Shown: positions 7,259 to 16,552 of the stretch, one piece after another
Position numbering within the stretch: position 1 is the stretch's first letter
Layout of the letters: each line of letters opens with the position of its first letter
Assembly (NCBI GenBank): GCA_016927905.1
Contig: JAFGLW010000004.1
Span: 1 to 64,000 of the forward strand
Source: a candidate division CSSED10-310 bacterium
Lineage (GTDB): Bacteria > CSSED10-310 > JAFGJC01
Direction of reading: 5' to 3'
Length of the DNA: 64,000 nt
Position numbers and translations under genes: made by a program
The notes under the pieces: model-generated
What the model saw: the letters and a program-made list of their open reading frames with translations, nothing else
What the model was told of the DNA's origin: nothing
The model's database searches: none

Positions 7259-8421
7259 TTCCGGTGCAGAAACTGAGTTGCATTCATTGCGGCGGCGCGC
7301 TGGCGCCGGCCCCGGGACAGAAGATCATCCGGTGCTCATACTGCCGGGGAAAAAACCTTTTGCTGCATGATTCGGATTTAGCCAGATACTGCGTCTCGAA
7401 CCGGCTGACCGCCGAAGACGTGCTGGACAGGGTCCGGACGACAATCGCCCGAACACGGGAACAACCCGCCGGACCGGCCGGGAAAATCCGCCTGATGCAG
7501 CCGCATCTTTTCTGGGTACCTTTCTACGAAATCAGCGGAACGAGACTGTCGCGGTTTCTAACGGACAAGTTGAAACAGGACGAAATCCCATTTTCGAATC
7601 TCCGCATGCGCCCGCCCACCCGCGATTGGGCTCCCGGAAGAACGATACAGCCCACATTCCGGGAACAGCTTTCCCGGGCTTCTCCCCATAAGACCATCCG
7701 GGACACCCGTGTGATCCTGGGCGATTTCGCCCTGGATGACCCTGCGGTAAATCTCCCGGAGTGGAATCTGAACCAAATCAAACTGTCCAGAACCCTTCGG
7801 GAAAACAGAGACTGTCCGCTCCAGCCGTTCAGTTTCCGCAGACTGCAGCGCGCGGGAACGGTTCTTCAACCGGACCAGTCTCCGCAGAAATTCGCACAGG
7901 CCCACACATACGTCATGACCGCCAGGACATTGCAGGACAGCCGCATCCTGGAACAGGAAATCAGTCTGGTTTATTATCCTGTCTGGCGGGTTCTTTACTC
8001 TTTTCGAAATGCCGCCTTACCGGTCATGGTGGACGGATTCACCGGGTCCATTCTGCACGCACGGCTGCCAATGAGTGAGACCTTCAGGATACTGGCGTTT
8101 CTGGGTGCAACCGGATCGCTCGGGTTCGGCCTGGGCGTCTTCCTGGCCTTGGCTGCCAGTTTGTGGAAACCATCCGAGATCATGATAAACCTGTTTGTAT
8201 TGATCGGCCTGTCCACGATGGCATTCGGTTTCCTTATTTTCGGAATTATGGCTTTTGCCTGGGTCCACCTGCGATATTCCGCGGAGATCATCATTCGGGG
8301 CGATCGCAGAGATATCCGGTTTGTCGGAAAAACCGGGAGTACGCTGCCCGAGCGATTGTTTGAAAAATTTGCCCGTTGGACGGGTGAGCGGATAACGAGA
8401 GGTCTTGAAAAACATGGCTGA
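7255..8421 (+). CDS. Zinc-ribbon membrane protein, paralog 2.
   Basis: CIHCGG...CSYCRG, then HLFWVPFYEI and SLVYYPVWRV. It has 3-4 C-terminal TM helices and is coupled on both sides. Confidence 0.55.
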   Translation: MIPVQKLSCIHCGGALAPAPGQKIIRCSYCRGKNLLLHDSDLARYCVSNRLTAEDVLDRVRTTIARTREQPAGPAGKIRLMQPHLFWVPFYEISGTRLSRFLTDKLKQDEIPFSNLRMRPPTRDWAPGRTIQPTFREQLSRASPHKTIRDTRVILGDFALDDPAVNLPEWNLNQIKLSRTLRENRDCPLQPFSFRRLQRAGTVLQPDQSPQKFAQAHTYVMTARTLQDSRILEQEISLVYYPVWRVLYSFRNAALPVMVDGFTGSILHARLPMSETFRILAFLGATGSLGFGLGVFLALAASLWKPSEIMINLFVLIGLSTMAFGFLIFGIMAFAWVHLRYSAEIIIRGDRRDIRFVGKTGSTLPERLFEKFARWTGERITRGLEKHG

Positions 8422-9067
8422 CCGCGCGGTCCGGATAGCAGCCTGTACATGCTCCCGGTGCGGCGCCGAACTGGATGGATTGGATAACGACCGGATTTTC
8501 ACCTGCCGGCGATGTTCAATCGGGTTCGACGTATTCACCGAACCCTTCCGTATCCATCCGATCCGGTTTGTCGAACCGGTGCTCCGGGAACCAGCTCCCC
8601 TGATCTATCTGCCGATCTGGCAGTTTCTCATTCGGGCGGAAATTCACGGAAATGATTCCTCCCGGTTGGAAAAAGCAAAAACCGTTTTGCCGGAAAGCCT
8701 GCTGGTCATCGCCTTCAAGATGCACGGCTGGTCGGTGTTCGGCAACCTGAATCTTCTGTATGCAAACCGGCGGGTCGACCTGAAATATGCGGAGGGTGTT
8801 TCCCGGCCGCTGGTGGGATGCAGGCGAACCGGCCTGGCAGCGCAAAGCCTGGTGGATTATATCCTTCTGGCTGCAATCGACAGGACGGTTGATGTAACCG
8901 GGCTGACGCTTGAGATACATACAGACCAGCTGCTGCTCCTGGGATACCCCTACTACGAGCTGGACAGCCGGCTGAAGGATGCCGTCAGCGGTGACGAATT
9001 CCGGTGTATCGCAGTCGACGACCTGGCTGAAATACGTGCAATCGAAGCCGGGACCTCGCGGGATTGA
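8414..9067 (+). CDS. Zinc-ribbon protein, paralog 3 (no TM region).
   Basis: CTCSRCGA...CRRCS, then LIYLPIWQFLI and LLLLGYPYYEL. The ATG start overlaps the upstream stop by 8 nt. Confidence 0.5.
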   Translation: MADRAVRIAACTCSRCGAELDGLDNDRIFTCRRCSIGFDVFTEPFRIHPIRFVEPVLREPAPLIYLPIWQFLIRAEIHGNDSSRLEKAKTVLPESLLVIAFKMHGWSVFGNLNLLYANRRVDLKYAEGVSRPLVGCRRTGLAAQSLVDYILLAAIDRTVDVTGLTLEIHTDQLLLLGYPYYELDSRLKDAVSGDEFRCIAVDDLAEIRAIEAGTSRD

Positions 9068-9164
9068 CTGTTTTCCCTTGCATCCGGTATCGATCCGGAG
9101 ACGATTATGTTTGAAAAAAGTCTGGTTTAGCAGTATACTCTGTCTGTTGCGGAAAGGGCCGAAT

Positions 9165-9758
9165 ATGATTGCCTTCAAATGCAGATATTGCGGAAAGTCA
9201 TACAGCTTTGAAATTTTGCCCATTCCGGATGAGGGGGCGGAATTCAAATGCGCCAAATGCGGTAAAAACAGCCGGCTCCTGAAACGCGGCAAGGTGGTGT
9301 TCTGTATTGGATCGGAGAATTCGGACGAGCTTGAGCAGAGCGCCACCATGGAACTGGCCGATTCCTATCAGTCCGCGGTCGAAGACGCGGTAGCCCCGGA
9401 GGAACTGGAATCCCGGCTGCGCGGCATGTACCCCGAGTTGCCTTACGACACGGAATTCAGGCTTGGTATCGTCAAGGGTCCCGATCAGGGAACGACGTTT
9501 ACCCTGACCAAACCGAGCGTCTCGATCGGCAAATCCGGATGCGACATAAACCTGGCCGACGGGAGAGTATCCAACAAGCACTGCCAGATAGAAATTTACG
9601 GCAATCAGATGATCGTTCTCCGGGATCTGCAAAGCGACGGGGGCACATATCGCAACAACTATCCGACGACCTTGACCTGTCTCCGGCCCGGAGACTCCCT
9701 GCAGATCGGCAACTCCGAGCTGATCCTGATTCAGGCACAGAAAAAACTGGCGAAATAA
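9165..9758 (+). CDS. Zinc-ribbon plus FHA-domain protein.
   Basis: N-terminal CRYCGK...CAKCGK, then an FHA core (VSIGKSGCDINLADGRVSNKHCQIEIYGNQMIVLRDLQSDGGTYRNN). RBS ggaaaggg lies before ATG 9165. Confidence 0.7.
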   Translation: MIAFKCRYCGKSYSFEILPIPDEGAEFKCAKCGKNSRLLKRGKVVFCIGSENSDELEQSATMELADSYQSAVEDAVAPEELESRLRGMYPELPYDTEFRLGIVKGPDQGTTFTLTKPSVSIGKSGCDINLADGRVSNKHCQIEIYGNQMIVLRDLQSDGGTYRNNYPTTLTCLRPGDSLQIGNSELILIQAQKKLAK

Positions 9759-9768
9759 CCTGTCGGGA

Positions 9769-10185
9769 TTAAGCGGAAAAAGCGCCGGCGGGTTCTTCCA
9801 GTGGCCGGCACGCCCCCACAGGACAGATTTCGGCGCATTTTCTGCAGGCGATGCACAGGGCGGGATCAATTTCGAAAAGAAGGTTTTCGGTAATCGCGTT
9901 GGTGGGACATTCCGGCAGGCATGATCCACAGGCGATACATTCCCCTGTGATGAAGTAGGGAATGCGGTCCCGGGGTATTTTCTCTTGATATTTCAGGAGA
10001 TTCACCTGGATTTTTGCCAGTTTGAAATTCCATTCCGCCCGGAGCGATTTCAGGGTGATCCTCAATTCATACAGAGAATTCCGGATTTCATCGATATCCT
10101 CCCCATTCCGGATTCGAGCCGTTCGGTTCACCAGTGCCATTACCAGGGCCACAACCGAAATGATCAAAATAACCGCCGTCCACAT
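9769..10185 (-). CDS. Membrane-anchored 2x[4Fe-4S] ferredoxin-domain protein.
   Basis: It has an N-terminal TM helix and two CxxCxxCxxxCP motifs (CIACGSCLPECP and CIACRKCAEICP). Confidence 0.7.
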   Translation of the reverse strand: MWTAVILIISVVALVMALVNRTARIRNGEDIDEIRNSLYELRITLKSLRAEWNFKLAKIQVNLLKYQEKIPRDRIPYFITGECIACGSCLPECPTNAITENLLFEIDPALCIACRKCAEICPVGACRPLEEPAGAFSA

Positions 10186-10297
10186 GTTTCAGCCTCCTCT
10201 CATGCCTGCAGGGAGTTCCCATGCAGGTTAAGACCTGTCATACTTTGAGTCAAGGGAAAAGGTGCGGCATAATGCGCTTTGAGCCGGTGACGGGAAA

Positions 10298-12055
10298 ATG
10301 GATCGATTCGTGAACCCAGCAGAAAAACCTTCCGGACTGCGAATGGCTGCATTCGTCGGTATGGGTATCGGTACGGGTGTGTTGAGGGGATGCATCGAGG
10401 CTTGGTTGATCGTGGCCCGGTATCCCTTTCGTCCAGGCGGAGATCGATTCATTGAATTGATGATTGAGTGCGCGGTTGCCTATGGACTGGCGGTGGGCAT
10501 ATCCGGCACGGTTCTGGCCTGGCTGATGTCGCGGGTGATCCGGCCCGGTCATCCCTGGAGATATCTCCTGCCTGTCGCATTCCTCGTGGCGATCGTGGCG
10601 ATTGATGTGGCCGGCTGGATCTCCGCACCGGTTTCGCCGGATCTCCTGACCGGGCCGGCACCGGTTTCGGACGGTTTCGCCGGTGACAATATCGTTCTCA
10701 TCACGCTGGACACCTGCCGGGCGGATCATCTACCCATGTACGGATACCCCCTGGCCAATACGCCCTCACTGGCCCGGCTCGCCCTGTGGGGCAGTGTCTT
10801 CCGGGACGCCGTAACCGCCATCCCGGTAACCACCCCATCCCATGTAACCCTCATGACCGGACTGGATCCCCCGGTTCACGGAAGCCGGTTTAATGCCGTT
10901 CCGTTCGAACTGCCGTTCCCGACCCTGGCCGGGGTTCTTTCCGGGCATGGATTGCTGACGGGCGCTTTCATCAGTGCTTTCCCGCTGATGGCAGATGTCT
11001 CGGGTTTACAAAAAGGGTTCACGGTCTATGAACAATTGCTCTGCCCAAGGAAACTGGATCCCCTGTTTTATCGCACGACCCTCATGAAACCTTTTCTGAA
11101 ATCCGGCCCGTTCCGGCCGGCGGAACGACCGGCCGATCAGGCGGTCGATGCCGCGCTGGCCTGGTGGAGCTCCGGCGGCAACCGGTCCCGGTTCACCTGG
11201 ATACATCTGTACGATCCGCACGCGCCCTATGAACCGCCCGAATTGTACCGGCGGATGTTTTCCGATTTCCCGAATGCGCCGGACATGCGGGTTGAAGACA
11301 TCCTGGCGATGAACAGCGGTCCGAATCCGCCGGATGACTTGACGGCGAAGCGTTATATCGAGTGTTATGACGGAGAAATCGCGTTTGCGGATCGGGCAAT
11401 CGGCCGGCTGCTGGGAGAGATTCAACGCCGGGGTGAAGCAGACAGGACATGGATCATCATAACCGCCGATCACGGTGAGAGCCTTGTGGAACATGACTAT
11501 TTCTTTTCCCACGGGGATCATCTTTATGACGTTTCGCTCAGGATTCCACTGGTTTTCTTTAAAAGAGACCGGATCCCCGCAGGGCGGATCCTTACGGGTG
11601 ATGTATCACTCGCGGATATCACGCCGACCCTGCTGAACCTGACAGGCATGATCGATGAGGCCCATCCCTGGAACGGCATGGATCTTACCGGCAGCCTGTT
11701 AGCGGGAGGTCGATTTCCGGAACGCAACATCTATCTTGAAACCGGTTCCGGCGTCTACATTCGGGCTCATGCTGCGCCGGATGCCGGTATCCGGAGAAAG
11801 ACCCGCGGTGTTCGGGCCGGCCCGGCAAAATACATCCTGGATCCGGACGGCCGTGGAAAACTATATCATCTCGGGATCGATCCGGGTGAAAATCACCCGA
11901 TTCATCCCGCCGGTGATGCGGTTGCCTGCCGGATGTCAGCCGATCTGGCGGATTATGTCCGCCGCCGGGAACTTCCCGGCCGGCATCCCCTGCACCTGCC
12001 TTCCCCGGAAACGGTTGACCGGCTGCGCGCATTGGGATATATCGACCCATCATGA
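10298..12055 (+). CDS. Alkaline-phosphatase-superfamily enzyme with an NPP/sulfatase-like fold. It has a Thr nucleophile motif T-T-P-S-H and 3-4 N-terminal TM helices.
   Basis: LITLDTCRADHLPMYGY (metal-site DxxRxD) and VTTPSHVTLMTGLDPPVHG. The TxPxH...TG...HG pattern is like NPP-type phosphodiesterases and unlike the CxPxR of sulfatases. Its stop overlaps the next start (ATGA). Confidence 0.7.
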   Translation: MDRFVNPAEKPSGLRMAAFVGMGIGTGVLRGCIEAWLIVARYPFRPGGDRFIELMIECAVAYGLAVGISGTVLAWLMSRVIRPGHPWRYLLPVAFLVAIVAIDVAGWISAPVSPDLLTGPAPVSDGFAGDNIVLITLDTCRADHLPMYGYPLANTPSLARLALWGSVFRDAVTAIPVTTPSHVTLMTGLDPPVHGSRFNAVPFELPFPTLAGVLSGHGLLTGAFISAFPLMADVSGLQKGFTVYEQLLCPRKLDPLFYRTTLMKPFLKSGPFRPAERPADQAVDAALAWWSSGGNRSRFTWIHLYDPHAPYEPPELYRRMFSDFPNAPDMRVEDILAMNSGPNPPDDLTAKRYIECYDGEIAFADRAIGRLLGEIQRRGEADRTWIIITADHGESLVEHDYFFSHGDHLYDVSLRIPLVFFKRDRIPAGRILTGDVSLADITPTLLNLTGMIDEAHPWNGMDLTGSLLAGGRFPERNIYLETGSGVYIRAHAAPDAGIRRKTRGVRAGPAKYILDPDGRGKLYHLGIDPGENHPIHPAGDAVACRMSADLADYVRRRELPGRHPLHLPSPETVDRLRALGYIDPS

Positions 12056-13413
12056 AAACGATCCTGATCAAGCCCTGCTGGTCTTATCCGGTCGATCCGG
12101 GAGATTCCACATACAACCGGAACTGGCCGCCGCTTTCCCTGCTGAACTGCGCCGCCCTGATGCGCCGGGAAGGATTGGACGCGGATGTTCTGGACGCCAA
12201 TGCCGAACGATTGAGCCCGGATGAAACCGCGAACCGAACGGAGGGATACGACAGGGTATTCGTCACGTCCGCCAGTCTGGACCGGTGGCAATGCCCGAAT
12301 CTCAGGATCGACTCCTTTCTCAAGACGGTTCATGCCATCCGGAAAAAGAATGTCTCCCTGCATGTCATGGGTACTCACGGAACCGTACGCTCCCGGCAGA
12401 TCCTGGATATCACGGGCGCTCAGACGGTCATCTGCGGGGAACCCGAGGACACGGTTCTGGATATCACCCGGGGTCTTGACCTGGAGGATATCCCGGGAAT
12501 CGTATTTTACCGGAATGGATCCTTCATCCGGAATCCGCCCCGTGAACCGCTCGATCTGGCGCAACTGCCGGTTCCAGCATACGATCTCGTCGACATCGGC
12601 CAATACTGCTATGAAGTCATGGGTGACCGGTTCGCGCTCCTGGAAGCCTCCCGCGGCTGTCCGTTCCAATGTATCTTCTGCGTCAAATCCATGTACGGCA
12701 ATGGATTCCGGGTCAAACCGGCTGCCCGGTTCATTCAGGAGATCGACGCCCTGATCGATGAGTTCCGCGCCAGGAATATTTATTTTATCGACCTGGAATT
12801 CACGGTGAACCGGAAACTGGTCGAAAATGTGTGCGATCATCTCATCAAACGGGGATCTCCAGTGAAATGGTGTTGTCAGACCCGAACCGATTCCGTGGAT
12901 ACCGAACTTTTGAAACACATGAAGAAAGCAGGATGCCAGATCGTTCATTTCGGCGTGGAAACGGGATCGGAGCGGATCCGGCAGACCCTTAAAAAGGGCA
13001 TCACCGCTCGCCAGGTCATCGAAGGCATGAAAGCCGCCCGGGAAGCCGGAATACAGACCGTCTGTTTCTTCCTGTTCGGTCTGCCCACGGAAACCAGAGA
13101 GGAGATGGAGGAGACCATCCGGTTTGCCAAGGTTCTGAATCCCACCTATGCATCATTTCATATCGCCCTTCCCTATCCGGGAACGGAGTTTTACGACATG
13201 GTGCAGGATGAACTGGGAACCGAACTGCTTCCTCCCGCATACACCGGGATGGTTTCATACGAGACACTGGAGAAGATAACCCGCCGGGCTTTCCGATCGT
13301 ACTACATGCGCCCGCGATATATCGCCGGCCGGTTGAAAGACCGGGATTTTTCAACTTTTTTCAGGCAGGCGAAGTTCTTCATGGTATATTTAAAAAACCG
13401 CTTGTGGAGCTAG
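12052..13413 (+). CDS. Cobalamin-binding radical SAM protein (class B).
   Basis: It has an N-terminal B12-binding Rossmann domain and a CxxxCxxC motif (GCPFQCIFC). It is about 450 aa. Confidence 0.8.
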   Translation: MKTILIKPCWSYPVDPGDSTYNRNWPPLSLLNCAALMRREGLDADVLDANAERLSPDETANRTEGYDRVFVTSASLDRWQCPNLRIDSFLKTVHAIRKKNVSLHVMGTHGTVRSRQILDITGAQTVICGEPEDTVLDITRGLDLEDIPGIVFYRNGSFIRNPPREPLDLAQLPVPAYDLVDIGQYCYEVMGDRFALLEASRGCPFQCIFCVKSMYGNGFRVKPAARFIQEIDALIDEFRARNIYFIDLEFTVNRKLVENVCDHLIKRGSPVKWCCQTRTDSVDTELLKHMKKAGCQIVHFGVETGSERIRQTLKKGITARQVIEGMKAAREAGIQTVCFFLFGLPTETREEMEETIRFAKVLNPTYASFHIALPYPGTEFYDMVQDELGTELLPPAYTGMVSYETLEKITRRAFRSYYMRPRYIAGRLKDRDFSTFFRQAKFFMVYLKNRLWS

Positions 13414-13416
13414 GGC

Positions 13417-14331
13417 ATGAAACAGGACGACGGTTATTTTAACACCAGACTGAGTTATGAACCCAGGCGGGACGTTGTCTGGAAAGCGATCGTTGAATAC
13501 CTGCAACGGTTTGTCCCGAACGACGCCCGGATTCTTGAGCTGGGTGCCGGTTACTGCTCCTTCATCAACCAGATCAAGGCTTCCGAAAAACACGCCCTTG
13601 ACATCTCCGCCATCACCCGGAAACATGCCGGAACCGATGTCAAAGTCTCCATTCAAAACTGCACGAATCTGGGTTCCTACCGGTCGAACATGTTCGACGC
13701 CGTTTTCTCCAGTTTCCTTTTCGAACATCTCTCCCGCGAAGATCTGGACCGGGTGATGAACCAGTTGAGGCGGATCATCCGGACCGGGGGTGTCCTGATC
13801 ACGATGTTACCCAACTACAAATATATCAGCCGGCACTATTTCGACGATTACACGCATCTCCAGGTGTTTTCCCATATCAGTTTCACCGATTATCTTTCTT
13901 CCCGGGGATTCGAACCGACCGAAGTGCAGGGTCGTTTCATCCCCTATACTTTCAAATCGAGACTTCCCAAATCCGCTTTTCTCACCCGAATCTATCTGCA
14001 TCTTCCCTGGCGCCCGTTCGCCGGCAATATGCTCGTGATCGCCCGCAACCCGGAATACAAGCCGTCTCAGCCGACCCGGCAGACATTCCGCAGGCATGTG
14101 GAAAGCCCGGCCGACCCGATCGCTCCCGCATCCATTCTCAAGGATGGACAACCGGATCCGAGCAGGATCCGGCGGTTTACGCCCAAACCGGACAAAAATG
14201 CGCCGTCTCAACCTGAGGGAAGAGACCGGCCCGGGCAGCATCAGGCCGCTCGATCCCGGCCTCGGTACAAACCCAATCGATCCCGCAATCCCCGGAAAAG
14301 AGCTTCCGGGAACCTGGATCCCGGAGAATAA
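13417..14331 (+). CDS. Class I SAM-dependent methyltransferase with a ~95-aa Arg/Pro-rich C-terminal extension.
   Basis: ILELGAGYCSF (GxGxG motif I). The MTase fold ends near residue 210, and a low-complexity basic tail follows up to stop 14331. The start lies 3 nt after the rSAM stop. Confidence 0.7.
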   Translation: MKQDDGYFNTRLSYEPRRDVVWKAIVEYLQRFVPNDARILELGAGYCSFINQIKASEKHALDISAITRKHAGTDVKVSIQNCTNLGSYRSNMFDAVFSSFLFEHLSREDLDRVMNQLRRIIRTGGVLITMLPNYKYISRHYFDDYTHLQVFSHISFTDYLSSRGFEPTEVQGRFIPYTFKSRLPKSAFLTRIYLHLPWRPFAGNMLVIARNPEYKPSQPTRQTFRRHVESPADPIAPASILKDGQPDPSRIRRFTPKPDKNAPSQPEGRDRPGQHQAARSRPRYKPNRSRNPRKRASGNLDPGE

Positions 14332-14332
14332 A

Positions 14333-16552
14333 TCAGAATTTTTCAGGGATGGCAGTCAGAACTTCCTGAGCGTTCCGATACCGATCGGCGGGATTTTTGG
14401 CAATCATTTTCATGGTGACGGTGTTCAGCCATTTTGGGACTTCCGGACGGATTTCCCGGGGAGTCGGCGGGATTTTCTCCAGCTGCTGCTCCAGAACTTC
14501 GTTGATGTCCGATCCCTGGAAAGGCATCTGGCCCGTGATCATCTCATACAGGGTGATACCCAGTGAATACAGATCGGACTGCACGGTCGCGGGATCTCCG
14601 TGAATCTGTTCCGGAGCGATATACTCGGGTGTTCCCCGGACCGTTTTGTCCCGTTCGACGTCACCGGATATCCTGGCGATACCGAAATCCACAATGGTCA
14701 CCCGTTCGTTTTCATCGATAAAAATATTCTGCGGTTTGATGTCCGAATGGACGAGTTTTTTCTGGTGGCTGTGGGAAAGCGCCGACAACACCTGTGCAAA
14801 AATTTTATTGATGGATGGAAAGGATAACCGCCCGGACTCCCGTAAAATGCTCTTCAAATCGCGGCCGTAAAGGTATTCCATGGAGACAAACCATAGATTA
14901 CCGGCACGGTTCAGATCATATATTTTGATGATGTTCGGATGCGCCAGCAACCGAGCCAGGGTGACCTCCCGCTTGACCATCTCGATCAGATCCGGATCGT
15001 AGGAATACTTGGGGCGGAGAATCTTCAGCGCGACGGCCAGATTCAATTCCCGGTCCGCAGCCCGGTAAACGATCCCCATTCCGCCCTTGCCCAGCAATTC
15101 AAGCAGTTCATATCGATTGTTGATGACCATCCCGATGGGTAATTCCCCCACTACGGTGTCGCTTTTCTCCGCATTGATCTCTTCGCTCATAGCCGCCAGC
15201 CAGTTCAGATACTGCCGGGCTTCCTTGTAATCCAGCCGGAGATTGACGATTTTCTGGAAAGCCTGGAGAGATTCATCGATGATGCCCTGGTCATAGAGAG
15301 CGCAGGCATATTCATAGATTAGGTCGATATTTTCATTGGATACGGGAAGATTCAGGACGCTGTCCACGTATTTTTTCCCGGTCTCGATTTTCCCCAGGCG
15401 GAAATAACATATCGCCAGCAGTTTCCGAACCGTTCCGGCGGATGGATGATCGTCCGGGACCCTCAGGAGCAGACGGAGCGCTTCGTCGTTCTCTCGGCTG
15501 TTCAGATGCAATTGGGCCGCCCGTGTGAAGTTTTGATTACGGATGTGAAGCTGGATGGCCTTCCCGACAAATCCCAGCTCATCGTATAGATTCGCCGCCG
15601 TTTCGATATTTCCGGCAAGTTCATACATCCGCGCGGCCTTTTCATAGTCACCAGCTCGGAAATACATCTCCGCCGCCAGCATGAAATCACTGACCTTCTC
15701 ATATCTTTCGGCAGCCAGATCGTATTTCCCTGCCTGCTCATAGTTTTCAGCCGCCAGAGACCAGTCGCACTGCTTATCTGCCATTTCGGCCGCCTTCAGA
15801 TGATCGCCCGATTCTCCCGATCTTTTCGCTTCCATCCGGATGGCCTGGCCATAACGGTTCAGCGCTTTCAACAGCCGGATGGACGCGTCCGTGTTTTCCG
15901 CCTGGTCGTAGCATTTCAACGCGGCTTCGGCTTGCCCGGCCTGCTCGTACAATTCCCCGGCCCGGTTCCAATCCCGGAACATTTCATGGATTTCCGCCGC
16001 CCTGACCAGGTTCGGAACCAGCCGCCAGGCTTCCGCAGCACGGAACAAAAGAATCCGGTGCTCCTTGTCGTCGATCCGGGGACCTCCGAATGAATGGGCG
16101 AGCGGACTCTCAAGCTCCGAAGCCTGTTCGAAACACACCGCCGCACTGCGATACATCCCCGCACTCATGTACAGTTCCGCCGCCCTCCGATATTCCATCT
16201 CCTTTTCCATCATCCGGGCAGCTTCCGAAACCACACCACTCTGCTCGAACATTTCAGCAGCATCCCGGAACCGTTTGGCCCGTTTATACATCATGGCCGC
16301 CTGGAAGGTATCGCCGGCCTGTCTGAGCAGATCCGCGGCATGCTTGAAATCGCCGATTTTCCCGTAATGCTCCGCCGCCTGATCGATCAACCCGACGCGT
16401 TCGCACAGTTTGGCAGCCTTCAGAAACAGGTTTTCCCTGACAAACAATTCGATCGCTTTTTCATGATCACCTGCCAGGACATAATATTCCGCCGCCCGGA
16501 GATATTCCTTCCTTCGCTCCAGTTTCCTGGCTTTTTTGATATAATCAGGCAC
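14333..16552 (-). CDS. Ser/Thr protein kinase with N-terminal TPR repeats.
   Basis: The C-terminal Hanks kinase has LGKGGMGIVYRA, HSDIKPQNIFI, DFGIAR and GTPEYIAPE. The N-terminus has about 10 TPR-like repeats. Confidence 0.85.
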   Translation of the reverse strand: MPDYIKKARKLERRKEYLRAAEYYVLAGDHEKAIELFVRENLFLKAAKLCERVGLIDQAAEHYGKIGDFKHAADLLRQAGDTFQAAMMYKRAKRFRDAAEMFEQSGVVSEAARMMEKEMEYRRAAELYMSAGMYRSAAVCFEQASELESPLAHSFGGPRIDDKEHRILLFRAAEAWRLVPNLVRAAEIHEMFRDWNRAGELYEQAGQAEAALKCYDQAENTDASIRLLKALNRYGQAIRMEAKRSGESGDHLKAAEMADKQCDWSLAAENYEQAGKYDLAAERYEKVSDFMLAAEMYFRAGDYEKAARMYELAGNIETAANLYDELGFVGKAIQLHIRNQNFTRAAQLHLNSRENDEALRLLLRVPDDHPSAGTVRKLLAICYFRLGKIETGKKYVDSVLNLPVSNENIDLIYEYACALYDQGIIDESLQAFQKIVNLRLDYKEARQYLNWLAAMSEEINAEKSDTVVGELPIGMVINNRYELLELLGKGGMGIVYRAADRELNLAVALKILRPKYSYDPDLIEMVKREVTLARLLAHPNIIKIYDLNRAGNLWFVSMEYLYGRDLKSILRESGRLSFPSINKIFAQVLSALSHSHQKKLVHSDIKPQNIFIDENERVTIVDFGIARISGDVERDKTVRGTPEYIAPEQIHGDPATVQSDLYSLGITLYEMITGQMPFQGSDINEVLEQQLEKIPPTPREIRPEVPKWLNTVTMKMIAKNPADRYRNAQEVLTAIPEKF

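Noticed and set aside
10298-13413. Sulfatase plus anaerobic sulfatase-maturating enzyme (anSME) pair.
   Set aside because: The hydrolase lacks the C/S-x-P-x-R formylglycine motif and has T-T-P-S-H instead. The radical SAM protein has an N-terminal cobalamin-binding domain (class B) and not a SPASM/twitch architecture.
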